Position numbers and translations under genes: made by a program
In this document: positions 1 to 10,444 of the stretch, piece after piece
Layout of the letters: the number at the start of each line of letters is the position of its first letter
How positions within the stretch are numbered: position 1 is the stretch's first letter
Notes under the pieces: generated by a model
The model's database searches: none
Told to the model about the DNA's origin: nothing
The model's input: the letters and a program-made list of their open reading frames with translations, nothing else
Assembly (NCBI GenBank): GCA_973895155.1
Contig: OZ316897.1
Coordinates: 18,987,111 to 19,051,110 of the forward strand
DNA from: Marsupella aquatica
Lineage: Eukaryota; Plantae; Marchantiophyta
Direction of reading: 5' to 3'
DNA length: 64,000 bases

Positions 1-1080
1 TACTTTGGAATTGGTCGCTTGCGCAAGCTACTCTGTAGAGTTCCTCCTCAGTTTATCAAATACTCTTCCCAGGTTGCATTGGCAAAACGATCGCCGCCAT
101 TTGCAAGGGAGGCCAACTACTCCCAACTTGCCCCCCATTTCGTGGGGAGGCGAGAATGATGCCAAACATGCACTCGTTCCAGGTGTCATTGCCTGCACAA
201 TTGCTCACCTCAGATTCTTGCTAAACCTCTAATGCCCGTTGCATCTTGAATTCCTGCATAATCCGTTTTTAACCAAAGCGGTTTGCTAGGGGCAAAACCA
301 CAACAAACACGGCTGATGATAAAATACCAGCCGGAGACACGTGGATTATCTCAGGCAACAGCCCGAGAATCGGCAAAATGAAAAACCAGTAAACATTCAT
401 TTTATATTACGTTTTACTCACGGGTTCTTGAGATCCGCGCGATGGGGGGCAGCTTGCGTTACCCCTGAGATTTAACTTTTTTCTCAAGACTTGAACGAGG
501 GTACTCAACTCTTGGACCCTCGGAGTACATGGCTACTTTAGGTTGATGAAGCTTATAGGCTGGAATGGATACAATACAGTCTGTAGCAAGTGTCCACCCA
601 CTTACAGGTCATATTTGAGTGAGAACAGTAAACAACATTACCTGAGTAAAATTTGCTTAAACATCAAGGTCCATCTGGGCTTCATCTTCTTGTGGGAGAG
701 GTTTCTAAATTTGGAAATCCCTCTCTAGGAGGTATTTGCTTGGTCAATCCCCAAAATGAAATTTGTTACTTGATCGACCTCTTGAGTTCTATCAACGGTC
801 CAAATCTGAGATCGAAAGGTCCATCAACGGTCCAGACTGGTGAAAAGCATGGAGGGGGTTGATTAAACCACACCTGCCACTATAAAAACCTCATTTCATG
901 TCTCACTACATACCAGGCCCGTGACCAAAGGGGTTTGGTCACAAAAGCTGAACTTTGTATATATATTATGATGACCATTTCTTTGACACCAATTTGTGTG
1001 TATTACAATGGTAAGAGCATGTCACTTGGGAGGACAAGGTCTTGTGTTCAAAACTTGTTGCCAGGTGTGGACAGTTTTGC

Positions 1081-1146
1081 TCGGGCAGGCGCTCGGGCAG
1101 CATCGGGCAGGCGCTTAGGCAGGGTCGGGCAGGCGTTCGGGCAGAG
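1081..1146 (+). repeat. Short GC-rich tandem repeat (TCGGGCAGGCGC-like) in the left arm
   Basis: About 6 imperfect copies of (TC)GGGCAG(GCGC). Confidence 0.75.
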
Positions 1147-1275
1147 GCAAGGACAAGTGTATAGGTGTCACGACAAGTGCCCAACATGCATTCGAGGATG
1201 GCAGATGCTCAACAAGTGGCAGCTTGCGAGCGGTCGCCTCGTGCACCTCCCGGGTCTCGCGAGAAGAACCCTCTC

Positions 1276-1380
1276 TATATAAGGAGGGACTTTCACTTCC
1301 ACAAGTCATTCCAATCTTTCTTCTTATTCGTTTCTTTCTTTCCTCCTCATTCGTTCTCATTTCTCCTTTTTTCCATTTTT
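1276..1380 (+). promoter_or_regulatory. TATA box plus CT-rich leader upstream of the kinase gene
   Basis: CTCTCTATATAAGG with TATATAA at 1276-1282, followed by a pyrimidine-rich tract. Mirrored on the - strand by CATAAAAG (6954-6961) and a (CTCTT)n tract. Confidence 0.5.
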
Positions 1381-1382
1381 TT

Positions 1383-1581
1383 GCCAAAGCGATCTCCAAG
1401 GCATTAGTTGGGGCATGCGGCACCATAGGTGTTGCTTGCAACCCACCTTTTTCTTAGGTGGTCGTGGAGGGACGCGCTCGGCCAATAGGGTCGTTCATAG
1501 ATAGTTTGTGGGACGGCAAGAGTGTAAGGGAGAGAAACTTTAGTCGGTGGTAGCGACGACATAGTCGTTGTTACAAATCCG
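1383..1581 (+). ncRNA. Putative structured 5'-leader RNA element, copy A
   Basis: 1383-1507 aligns without gaps to the reverse complement of 6724-6848 (19 mismatches in 125 by manual count). 1538-1581 aligns to the reverse complement of 6647-6691. Several hairpins are preserved by compensatory or G-U-consistent changes. Confidence 0.55.
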
Positions 1582-1655
1582 TCTTTTGCTTTTTTACCTA
1601 AGCAGTTTTGTCCTCTTTTTCTTTTAGGGAATTTCTTTATTTTGAGAGTTTAGCA

Positions 1656-3380
1656 ATGGGGGTGAAAGAGGTTGCCGAGATGTGTGAGACAGTGATCACA
1701 TTCGCCAAACGGGATGATAGATTTTCTGCAACAACACGCATTGAGATGGAGAGAGTGGTACGTGCATTGGAGGCTATGGCTCATATGGAGACACATCCAC
1801 CAATGACTGTTGCCTCGGTTGCTTCATCCTCAAAGCAAGTGCCTACACCTTTCAGTGCACCAAAGCGGCCTCGAAGGAATGAGCCCACTTTGGCAGTAGA
1901 TGGAGAATTTTGTTCGGGAGGAAGAAAGCAAGCACTACTTGATCGAGCACGACTGTGCGTGCACCTGTTGGAGTGGTTTGAGAAGATTCCTGGTAATACT
2001 TTGATCCGCTACACCATGAATGGTTTGCAAGGGAAACAACAGTTTTGCATTGATTTGGAGGGCGTAACGGGTGTATGGATGTCAGATTATTATCGTAATG
2101 ATAAAGATGCCTTGGCCATCAAGATAGACTTTATGAGGGAGTCGTCAAAAGATAAAGGATGGTTTGCCAATTGTATAGAGAGCATGGACCATCAGTTACT
2201 TGCAGTAGCTGAATCAAAAGTGCTTGCATTGTTAGATGAGGTCATTCAAGACAAGGTTTTTTTGCGAAAGCGGTTGCAAAATTTTCAAGATTCTTTGAAG
2301 AGAGTGTGTGTGACTCATGGGGCCACGGCTTATGTTGGGAGAAAAGATTTGAGTCATAGTGCGCGGATGGTTGGTGGAGTGAAGGAAATAAGACCATCAA
2401 GAACTATTTGTGGTGGAAAAGCGCTCGTGTATACTAGCAATGAGAAAGTGAGGCCTGTGTCATCTCACATTGAAGGCAAAGAAGTAGATGTAGTGGTGCA
2501 AATGGCTTACATTCAGAATGAGGATTGGATCTCACAAAAAGTTTGGGTTGTTGCAAAGGTTTTTCGCACTACATCAGATCCCATTAGTAGGGTGAGAGTG
2601 CAAAATATGGCTATCAATGAGGCAATTATAGCTAGAGTTCATCACAAAGAAGTTGTGCGTGCATTTCCAATAACCATTGACCGTTCAACTACTCTTATTT
2701 TTTATTACTACAATGGTGATCCTTTGTGGGAGGCATTGTATCGGATTGGACATCGTGAGAATCTTGATGATTGGGTTGTTCAAAGTCAATCAAATCAAGA
2801 TATCAGTCGTTGGAAGTTGGTGAAGGAAAATAGACTGGGTCTTTTATACGCTGTCATGGAGACTCTGGCTTTTGTACATGAGCATCATCGTCTTCACAAT
2901 GATTTGCATTTGAGCAACATCATTCTTCATTTTAAAAATGAAGAAGATTGGGATTTCAAGAGAACACAACCTGCAAAAGTTTGCATTGGGATTTGCAATT
3001 GGGGTCGTGCAAGCCACAGAGAAGATGGAAGCAGGATGCATCCTGTTACGTCTCCAACTCACATTGCAGAGTGTAAAAAGAAGTATCTTCATCTTGCACC
3101 CGAATTATGGTCAGCTAAACCACCCAATTTTGATTTTTCCACAAATGTGTACTCGATGGGGAAAATTGTTCAGGCTATGATTCAAACCGGCACAAATCCA
3201 AGGAATTGGGTATCTCTTAACATATTTGAGATGAAACTAATTGAAAAATTAGTTTCTCAAATGACTGACTCAAATCCTAGCAAGCGAGGATCAATGCAAT
3301 GGCATACAGATATGATGACAAAGTATTTGAATGGCCATGACCAAGTGAAGGTCACATCACAAGATTATCTTCGAGATTAG
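1656..3380 (+). CDS. Protein kinase-like protein (C-terminal kinase domain, probably inactivated) carried by the element
   Basis: Intronless ORF, first ATG at 1656. Motifs: VAKVF (VAIK-like), NEA (helix C), HNDLHLSNIIL (catalytic loop), CNWG (DFG position), LAPE, TNVYSMG, PSKR. Confidence 0.8.
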   Translation: MGVKEVAEMCETVITFAKRDDRFSATTRIEMERVVRALEAMAHMETHPPMTVASVASSSKQVPTPFSAPKRPRRNEPTLAVDGEFCSGGRKQALLDRARLCVHLLEWFEKIPGNTLIRYTMNGLQGKQQFCIDLEGVTGVWMSDYYRNDKDALAIKIDFMRESSKDKGWFANCIESMDHQLLAVAESKVLALLDEVIQDKVFLRKRLQNFQDSLKRVCVTHGATAYVGRKDLSHSARMVGGVKEIRPSRTICGGKALVYTSNEKVRPVSSHIEGKEVDVVVQMAYIQNEDWISQKVWVVAKVFRTTSDPISRVRVQNMAINEAIIARVHHKEVVRAFPITIDRSTTLIFYYYNGDPLWEALYRIGHRENLDDWVVQSQSNQDISRWKLVKENRLGLLYAVMETLAFVHEHHRLHNDLHLSNIILHFKNEEDWDFKRTQPAKVCIGICNWGRASHREDGSRMHPVTSPTHIAECKKKYLHLAPELWSAKPPNFDFSTNVYSMGKIVQAMIQTGTNPRNWVSLNIFEMKLIEKLVSQMTDSNPSKRGSMQWHTDMMTKYLNGHDQVKVTSQDYLRD

Positions 3381-4745
3381 TTGTGATTCTATCTCATCTT
3401 CTGCATATTGTATGGGCATAAAATGTTGTAGATCAGGCCATTGATGATCTACAACACTAACTGTAAAAAAGATATGTGGACATCCCACCTCCGGGTCCTG
3501 TACCATTGCAAGTAGATCAGATCGCATATTTGACCAATATGGTCTTGTTCCTCGAATATTTTTTCCATGATGTACTATTTCTCGTGCCACAGCTCCTTCA
3601 TTGCTTTCAAATTGTCTCATCTGAAAATCTTCCACTGTGATTTGTACTTCATTTTGATGACGACGCTTAGCATAGAATGCTCCATCAATTTTTGCTTGCC
3701 ATCTAAATATGGAGTTGGCAGCAAACCATCGAAATCGAGGATGTTGAGCAAAATGGGGATCTTGTAATCGTATGAGATGTTTACAATACTCATGTGCATT
3801 CACAGTATGTGCCCGTTGAGATTTTAGATCACACTTCCCATCTGGAAATAATGTAGGAAAAGCGTCAGTGATATATGGAGAACCCCCAAACTCATTCAAT
3901 CGTTGTGATCTCAATGTAGGCATAGATAAGGGCCCATTTTGTTGATCTTGTTGAAATCTTCTCCGTGTACGATCTTCCTCCCGATCTTCCTCTGTGATTC
4001 TTGAACCAAGATTGGGAACCATGCAATCTCTTACAAGCAAAGCTGGCTGCAATGCACAATCATTTAATATTTCATTGTCATTGTCATCCATACCATCAAT
4101 GATCACTTTAGTCTCTTCAATGCTGCCTAACCTATCAGCCACACATGCATCCTCTGATAGAAGATTTAAAGCTTCTTGGGAGATTGTGATCCACCCATCA
4201 GCATTTTGTCTAAAGGAAGGATGATGCTCCGAAAGATATGTCAACCAAGCCATGATAGCACCCCGACGCACCCTAAACTCATGATTTGAGGGTCGTGCAA
4301 CCTGGACTAAATTTTCTTCTCCAACTCGGCCTCTAGGTTTAAGAAGAATGACATCAAGATCACTTGGAAGTAATGGCAAAACACTAAAAAACTTGGACCG
4401 ATCTTGGAATAAGTTAAAAATATGCGAACTATAAGCATATTGTAACTCTTTTACTTTCCGCAATTGCATCACAACATGCACTGGGGATATGCATTGTTCC
4501 TCTAATTGGGTTAATTTTGGCAGCTCCACACCTATGGGCAAACCACATGGTCGCATTTCATTCTCAGCACTATATTTCTTCACTTCATTGGTGTCTTTTC
4601 GACAACGCATGCACCCATAGATGCCCTCTTTCTCCTTCACATCAATCTCAAACCATTGTTCATCACAAATTGGGCAATATTCTATTTCAATTTGTTGTAT
4701 TGCCTTGCGAAAGTGGAGCAACAATGCACGGTCCTTTTTGCACAA
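3357..4745 (-). pseudogene. Helitron Rep N-terminal region (DUF6570-like plus Helitron_like_N), 3'-truncated
   Basis: CPICDEQWF..CMRC, LPKLTQLEEQCIS, YSSHIFNLFQD, FRVRRGAIMAWLTYL, AFPTLFPDG, FAQHPRFRWFA, IRGTRPYW, HIFFTVSVVDHQWPDL (Rep motif 1). The ORF ends before the HUH/Y2 motifs and the helicase. Confidence 0.8.
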
Positions 4746-4949
4746 CGTTGGCTCATCTAATGCCCAGGGTCCTCACTTCTTTTCTTCCGACCCATCACGC
4801 GCGAATAAGTATAGGGTTTTTTTATTGGGTTTAGTGAAATACTTTTAAATTTTTGTTGAAGAACATTAAGGTTATTTTAATCTAATTTTGAGAATTATAA
4901 GAATCATAGGGTTTTTTAAAATCCATTAAGTTAAGGGTAAAAAAATTCC

Positions 4950-6575
4950 TCAAAAAAACTTTATTGACTTAACTTTTAGGGTGTTTATTCCCCCAAAACT
5001 TCGAGCGTGATATAGGACACCCCTTGGATTGAGGCCCCCGAGATCTAATGACCCCTCTAACACCTCTTCATTCCCAGGCACGCACCTTGGCAAGAATAAC
5101 TCATTCTCAAATAGAGGTCCCAAGTTTTGCACATCCTCCTCTTCGATGTGTTGCTTTTTCTTTTTGTATTGTTCTCTCCTCTTGGCCAAACATTGTTTAC
5201 AAGCTACCCGACCATCATCAAAAGTGTGCAATGCTTTCACTTGTCTACAAGAAGCACATTTCTTTGTAGTAGGGACTTCTTCTTCTCCTCCAACCTCTTG
5301 TATTGCACTTGGAGAGCAATGATCACGTGCCATATGTGGAAAGTCCCTTTCATGGGGCATGTTAATGTGCCTCACATTTTCATGTACTTCTCCTTCTCCT
5401 CCAACCACCTGTATTGCACTTGCAATAAGTCGAGAGTCCCTTTGATGGAGCATGTGAATATGCCTGTCATTTCCATGTTGAGCACTCTCATTTATTGCAA
5501 TAAGCCCTTCTCGCCTGACATCATTTGTGATTTGAATATCATCAAATGCTAATCTGAGTTGTACATCTTCAACTTGCACTGATACACTTGGTTCTGCTCT
5601 TGCATCCCCTATTCCTTCCAAAACTGGTGATAGATCCATCCCAACTCCCCCATGATTGACCTCCATATGTTGCATCTGATTATTCTCCGAAAACAAGAAT
5701 GCATGGTTTTTGTTGAACAATGTTTGCTCATGTAATAGGTCCTCTAACACCTTTTCATTTGTACCCATGCATTGTGGCAAAATAAATTCACTCTCAAATA
5801 GAGTTGGCAAATTTTGCACAAGATCCTTCCCTCTAATATGCTGCTTCTTCTTTTTATATTGGTCTCTCTTCTTGGCCAAACATTGTTTACAAGCTACCCG
5901 ACCATTATCAAAAGCGTGCAATGCTTTCACTTGTCTACAATAAGCACATTTCTTTGTAGTAGGGACTTCTTCTTCTCCTCCAACCTCCTGTACTTCACTT
6001 GGAGAGCAATGATCACATGCCATATGTGAAGAGTCCCTTTCATGGGGCATGTCAATGTGCCTCACATTCATTTGTCATGTTTAGCACTCTCATTTATTGC
6101 AATAAATCCTTCTCGCCCAACATTGTTTGTGATTTGGATATCATCAAATGCTAATCTAAGTCGTACATCTTCAACTTGCACTGACACACTTGGTGAACGT
6201 CTTCGCTCTGCTCTTGCATGCCCCACTCTATCCAAAACTGGTGAGAGATCCATCATGACCCCCAAACAATGATCAATTCTTACATCTTGTACTACAATGT
6301 CCTCTGGGATAGGAACAATTGGTATTCTCCGTCGTTTGGAATATTCATTTCTCATGCGTCCCGGGCTGTGCTGCTTCAACACAAACGTAGCATGAATCCC
6401 TTGGGAATTGGAACTCATCCCTTGGTTTCTCATGTTTCCCTAGTTTGCACCACAAGAGACTGTTATTTGTCCATCCCTTACAATCACTACAAACATTTTG
6501 TGTACTCTCATCACCATCACAAAAATGGGCAGGTGTTCGGTTCAACAAGCATTGTATGCATCGAAAACACTCCAT
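4950..6575 (-). pseudogene. Repeated C4 zinc-finger region, probable 5' part of the Rep-like gene (frameshifted)
   Basis: CIQC..CSDC, WCKLGKH..CYVC, and two near-identical KKCAxCRQVKALHxFDxGRVACKQC units. Broken over ORFs 6345-6617, 6068-6433 and 4950-6071. Internal duplication with ~690-bp period. Confidence 0.6.
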
Positions 6576-6646
6576 CAGTAGCACTCCATAATATATCTCC
6601 AAAAAAAATAGTCGCATCCAAATGTACTAGATTAAGCCACTTTAGG

Positions 6647-6848
6647 CGGATTTGTAGCAAATGACTAGGTCATCGCTACCACCGGCTAAAGGAAACTCGC
6701 ACTAGTCCAAAAGAATACAATAGAAACTATCTATGAACGACCCTAATGATCGAGCGCGCCCCTCCACGACCACCTAAGCAAATGGTAGGTTGCAAGCAAC
6801 GCATATGGCGCCACTTGCCCTAGCAAATGCCTATGAGGCCGCTTTGGC
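6647..6848 (-). ncRNA. Putative structured 5'-leader RNA element, copy B
   Basis: Inverted homologue of 1383-1581, lying between the CT-rich leader and the start of the Zn-finger ORF. Confidence 0.55.
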
Positions 6849-6876
6849 CAAAAAAAGGCAAAAGAATAAGCAAGGA

Positions 6877-6926
6877 GAAGAAGAGAAGAGAAGAGAAGAG
6901 AAGAGAAGAGAAGAGAAGAGAAGAGA
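6877..6926. repeat. (AAGAG)n microsatellite
   Basis: About 9-10 tandem AAGAG units. Confidence 0.95.
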
Positions 6927-7894
6927 ATGAGAAAAAACGAGGGAGGACTCTCCCTTTTATGCTAATCTTGCCTTGGGTTCCTCATTAATGTCATACCTAA
7001 CCTAATACTCTAATTAGTATCACACCTAATCCACTTAAAAGTACACTCAACCAATTTTTTTATAATTACTCAAACCAAAATGTAGAAATTCAGAAAATGA
7101 ACAAAAGAATATCTATATTATTTGATTTTAATTTTATCTTTCTACTTTGTTAAAATTGCCCTCAACTAGTGTTCACCCCCTCTTACAAGAAAAAAATACA
7201 AGTTCAACCAACAAACAAAGACCAGTTTGAAAATCTCTCCCTTAAATACCCTTAAACCTCTCAACAATTAAAGAAAATAAATTCTTAAAACCCTTTTTAT
7301 CCCTCTCCTTAAAGTAACCCTCCATCGGCCAAAGAAAGAAAATGTCTCTTTTTGTCTTTTTTATTTTCCCCTTCTTTCAAATACCATTGATCCTCTATCC
7401 CTTTTCACTCTCAAATAAAATAAAATAATGATAACCACCATGGGGCATGCTCCTTACCCATTGTTTCTTCTAAACAAAAAGGAAGCCCATTTAAAAATCA
7501 TCTTCAAGGTGACCAAATTCACCCAAATATAATATATATATATATATAGATGTTTCTTCTAAACAAAAAGGAAACCCCTTTAAGAGTCGTACCTTTTCAA
7601 GGGGACCAATTACACCCAAAGGCAAATAAATATGATTCATTTTACTCAAAATGAAACTTATAAAATCACTAAGAAATTCAAACAAGTAAAAGACAAAGAC
7701 ATTAAATGGAACCAATGGTGAGAGAATCAAGTACACACTTACATTGAGGTGGGAGCATTCAATGTACTTTTATTTGTGTTGAATACAATATACTCTGTGT
7801 ACTTCAATTTGTCTTGATCTTGAGTACTCCATACAAACTAAAGAGTGTTAGAATGAATATATTATGACTAAAGTATATTTGTGTGCCCCTATAC

Positions 7895-7955
7895 ATATGT
7901 GGAGAAAGCATATGTGGAGAAAACGTATGTGGAGAAATCGTATGCGCAGAAAAAA
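7895..7955 (+). repeat. 15-bp tandem repeat (TATGTGGAGAAA-core) in the right arm
   Basis: Four imperfect copies. Confidence 0.8.
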
Positions 7956-8500
7956 AGTTTGGAGCCATTTTGGGCTCCCACCACAAAGCTTAACTTTAAG
8001 TTCAGCCAAAAAGGTGGAACACTAGCACCTTTTGTGTAATAACTGTCCAAAAAAAGTTTTGCAATCAGTACCTTTTGTGGAGTTCAAAGTCCATTCTTGA
8101 CCTATACTCTTTACAATGAGCTTTACAATGAGAGGTATGGGTTACCAATAGCACGTGTGGTTATAGCAAACTTTATAGTGGCACGTGTGATTTAACCACA
8201 CTTTTTCGAGAAGGGGGTCTACTAAGCATATCTCTCCCTCTCTAGTTCAAAGGTTTGGGTGCAAATCCGATCCCAGTTTATCTCTACACAATTGTAGACT
8301 TCAATTATGTAGACTTCCAGTGAGAGTATTTACACTCTTTCGACTGTCGTTACTCTCGAAGACGGGATTCCATCTATCAACCGGCGTTTCGATATATTCG
8401 TCACTCTCGAAGACGAGATCTATCAAGTGGGAGCAGCAGAGGAGCGATGGCGGGCAATTGCGGCAGTCGTGGTAGTCGGCACTGACGAAGCGACCTCATC

Positions 8501-10444
8501 ATGCTGCTGCAGAGGTTCAATGTGTGGACCTCGAGACAGACGCAGATTCCATGCTGCACCCGCCCACTTCACTCGTCAGCTGCCAGTGTTGTCATGGCAG
8601 GCATCAACACAACAACGGGGGCTCCCTCTCAATCTCCCTCTCCCCAACCAGTGACTCCTTCTACCTCGGATATGAAGCTGCTCTTCGTGGAGATGGGAAC
8701 CGGATATGACCAGCATGGGTGAGTCAGCTTCTCGACCTACCGGCCCCCTGGCATCCTCTCTGCCTTTCTCGTTCTTTTCACTTGCATTTCTTCAGTTCGT
8801 GAATTGATGTAGAGAAAATGATCCCATTTCTTTACAGGCAAAACGTTACAACGGCGACCATGCGCGCCTGCAAGAACGCCATCAGCTCGAATTCCATCCC
8901 CGCCTTTCGGACCGGTAAATTTCAGCTCCTCGTCAGCTATCTTTCCCGTTTTTCAATGAGTTCAATGAATGTCCCATCATGTCCGATCGCCTCACCGTTT
9001 GTCTGTGGACGTTTGAACCTTTCGAGGACTTGCAAGGGGCTTGAGAGTTTGAGTGATGGAGTCTCTCTTGTAGCAGTAAGTAATATCCAATCAGAGTGAT
9101 GTGTGGTGCGCTTTAATTTTTTAGACTAATGCCTAGAGGACTCGGCAAACCCTAAGGTTCCTTTTAGGTACATGCTACAGACTTGTTCTCTGTTCGAAAG
9201 TCAGAAGAAGCGTAGAAGGTAGATTGTGAATGCTATTTACACGAAATGCATGGTAATTCCAAAACCCAAATGATTTGTTGATGATTTCTCATGTGGACAG
9301 TTGAATTCTTTACTGTGACAACTAATGAAGAGTTTAAATTGTATAGCTGTGATGGATAGAGCCACATTTCTCGTCAGCAGAGTCAATTGTATATCACCAG
9401 AACTGAGAAATTGAGTGGTCTTTTCTCCTCACCCCAGAGACATGCAATTGTGTGGCACTTTTCGTGCTACCTGGCTCTTAATTATGTGACAGATGAGCAA
9501 TTGTATCTCAACATAGCTTTGGAATCTTGTGTGGTCACTGTTGAGAGTTGTTCTCGTCAGTCAAAGGGTGGAGACTCGTCCTTGAGGAGTTGAGCAGATG
9601 ATGTCCGAGACTTAGTCAGGGACTGAAGCTTTGGTGTCTATGCAGCCAAGATCAGCCAATCACTGGTCCTTTTGATTAGTCCTTCCAACAGATAATGTTT
9701 ATACGATACTCTCCATTAAAATGTTTATGTTGTCGGTGGGAACTTTGTGTGAATTTTCTCTCCCTCAGGGTGATTATGAGGTGCAAACGAAATAAGTGAG
9801 TTTCTGTTACTGTTGCAGGGGCGCTACCAGGGGTGAGCTACCAGCAGATGAAGCTGAAGATAAAGCTCGGAGTTCCTCATTCTGTTCAACACGAATTGGA
9901 CATCGAGCAAGTGAAGTCCGTGTTCCCGTAGTACGTCGTTGTCCTCGTCCTCTCTCACCAAGACTGCTTGATGTGCTTGGATTTGAGTTCTAAATACCAC
10001 CAATCCAGCGCATAGTCAATGAAGCTATGGATTTTCCATTTTTCTAACAGTTGGCCACTACTTTGCATATGAATAAAGATATTGTGGAGTGGAAGCAAAT
10101 GAAGCAAACAAACACCCGTTTGCAAAAATATAGGCCTGAAATTGGGGTTATGGGTGGTGCTTCGGTAGTAGATCGTAATTTCGTTCATAAGATGATATTT
10201 TGCTGAAATGTCATGATCTGAGCCGTTAACTTTTGTGCCGGATGGTTCGAGTTGACTGTGTCGCATTCTCTAAAGTTAGCCCACTGAATTCCACCACTCT
10301 TTATGTCTGTGCAGCGGGAAGATAGTGGATGTCGAGGTTGTGGACGGTGGTCTCATCTGCTCGAGCGGAGTCGCCTTGGAAGCAATGGGTGATAAAAATG
10401 ACGACTGCTATGTTGTCAATGCGGCAATCTACGTCGGCTACTAG
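8501..10444 (+). CDS. Lin0512-family conserved protein with an N-terminal transit-peptide-like extension; 4 exons
   Basis: Exons 8501-8718, 8838-8914, 9819-9930 and 10315-10444 joined by GT-AG introns give MKLLFVEMGTGYDQHGQNVTTATMRACKNAISSNSIPAFRTGALPGVSYQQMKLKIKLGVPH...VFPYGKIVDVEVVDGGL...VVNAAIYVGY*. Confidence 0.88.

Larger units (their letters stand above)
729..8236. mobile_element. Mutator-like (Pack-MULE-type) non-autonomous DNA element with gene cargo
   Basis: Identical 9-bp direct repeat CCTCTCTAG at 720-728 and 8237-8245. Ends GAGGTATTTGCTTGGT and (reverse complement) GAGAGATATGCTTAGT match 12/16. A second inverted block at 863-886 vs 8172-8195 matches 22/24. A 9-bp TSD and a GAG start are typical of MULEs. 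Confidence 0.75.

Noticed and set aside
1455-1581. Leader as a twister ribozyme, group I/II intron or 18S rRNA fragment (GTGGAGGG, GTTCATAGA, TTAGTCGGTGGTAGCGA)
   Set aside because: Only isolated short words match. The twister UAA and GUCCCAAGC loops, group I P7 pairing and group II domain V are not found, so it is kept as an unassigned structure.
878-8180. CACTA...TAGTG ends suggesting a CACTA/EnSpm transposon
   Set aside because: The inverted match continues outward past CACTA, there is no 3-bp TSD, and a 9-bp TSD with outer TIRs fits better at 729/8236.
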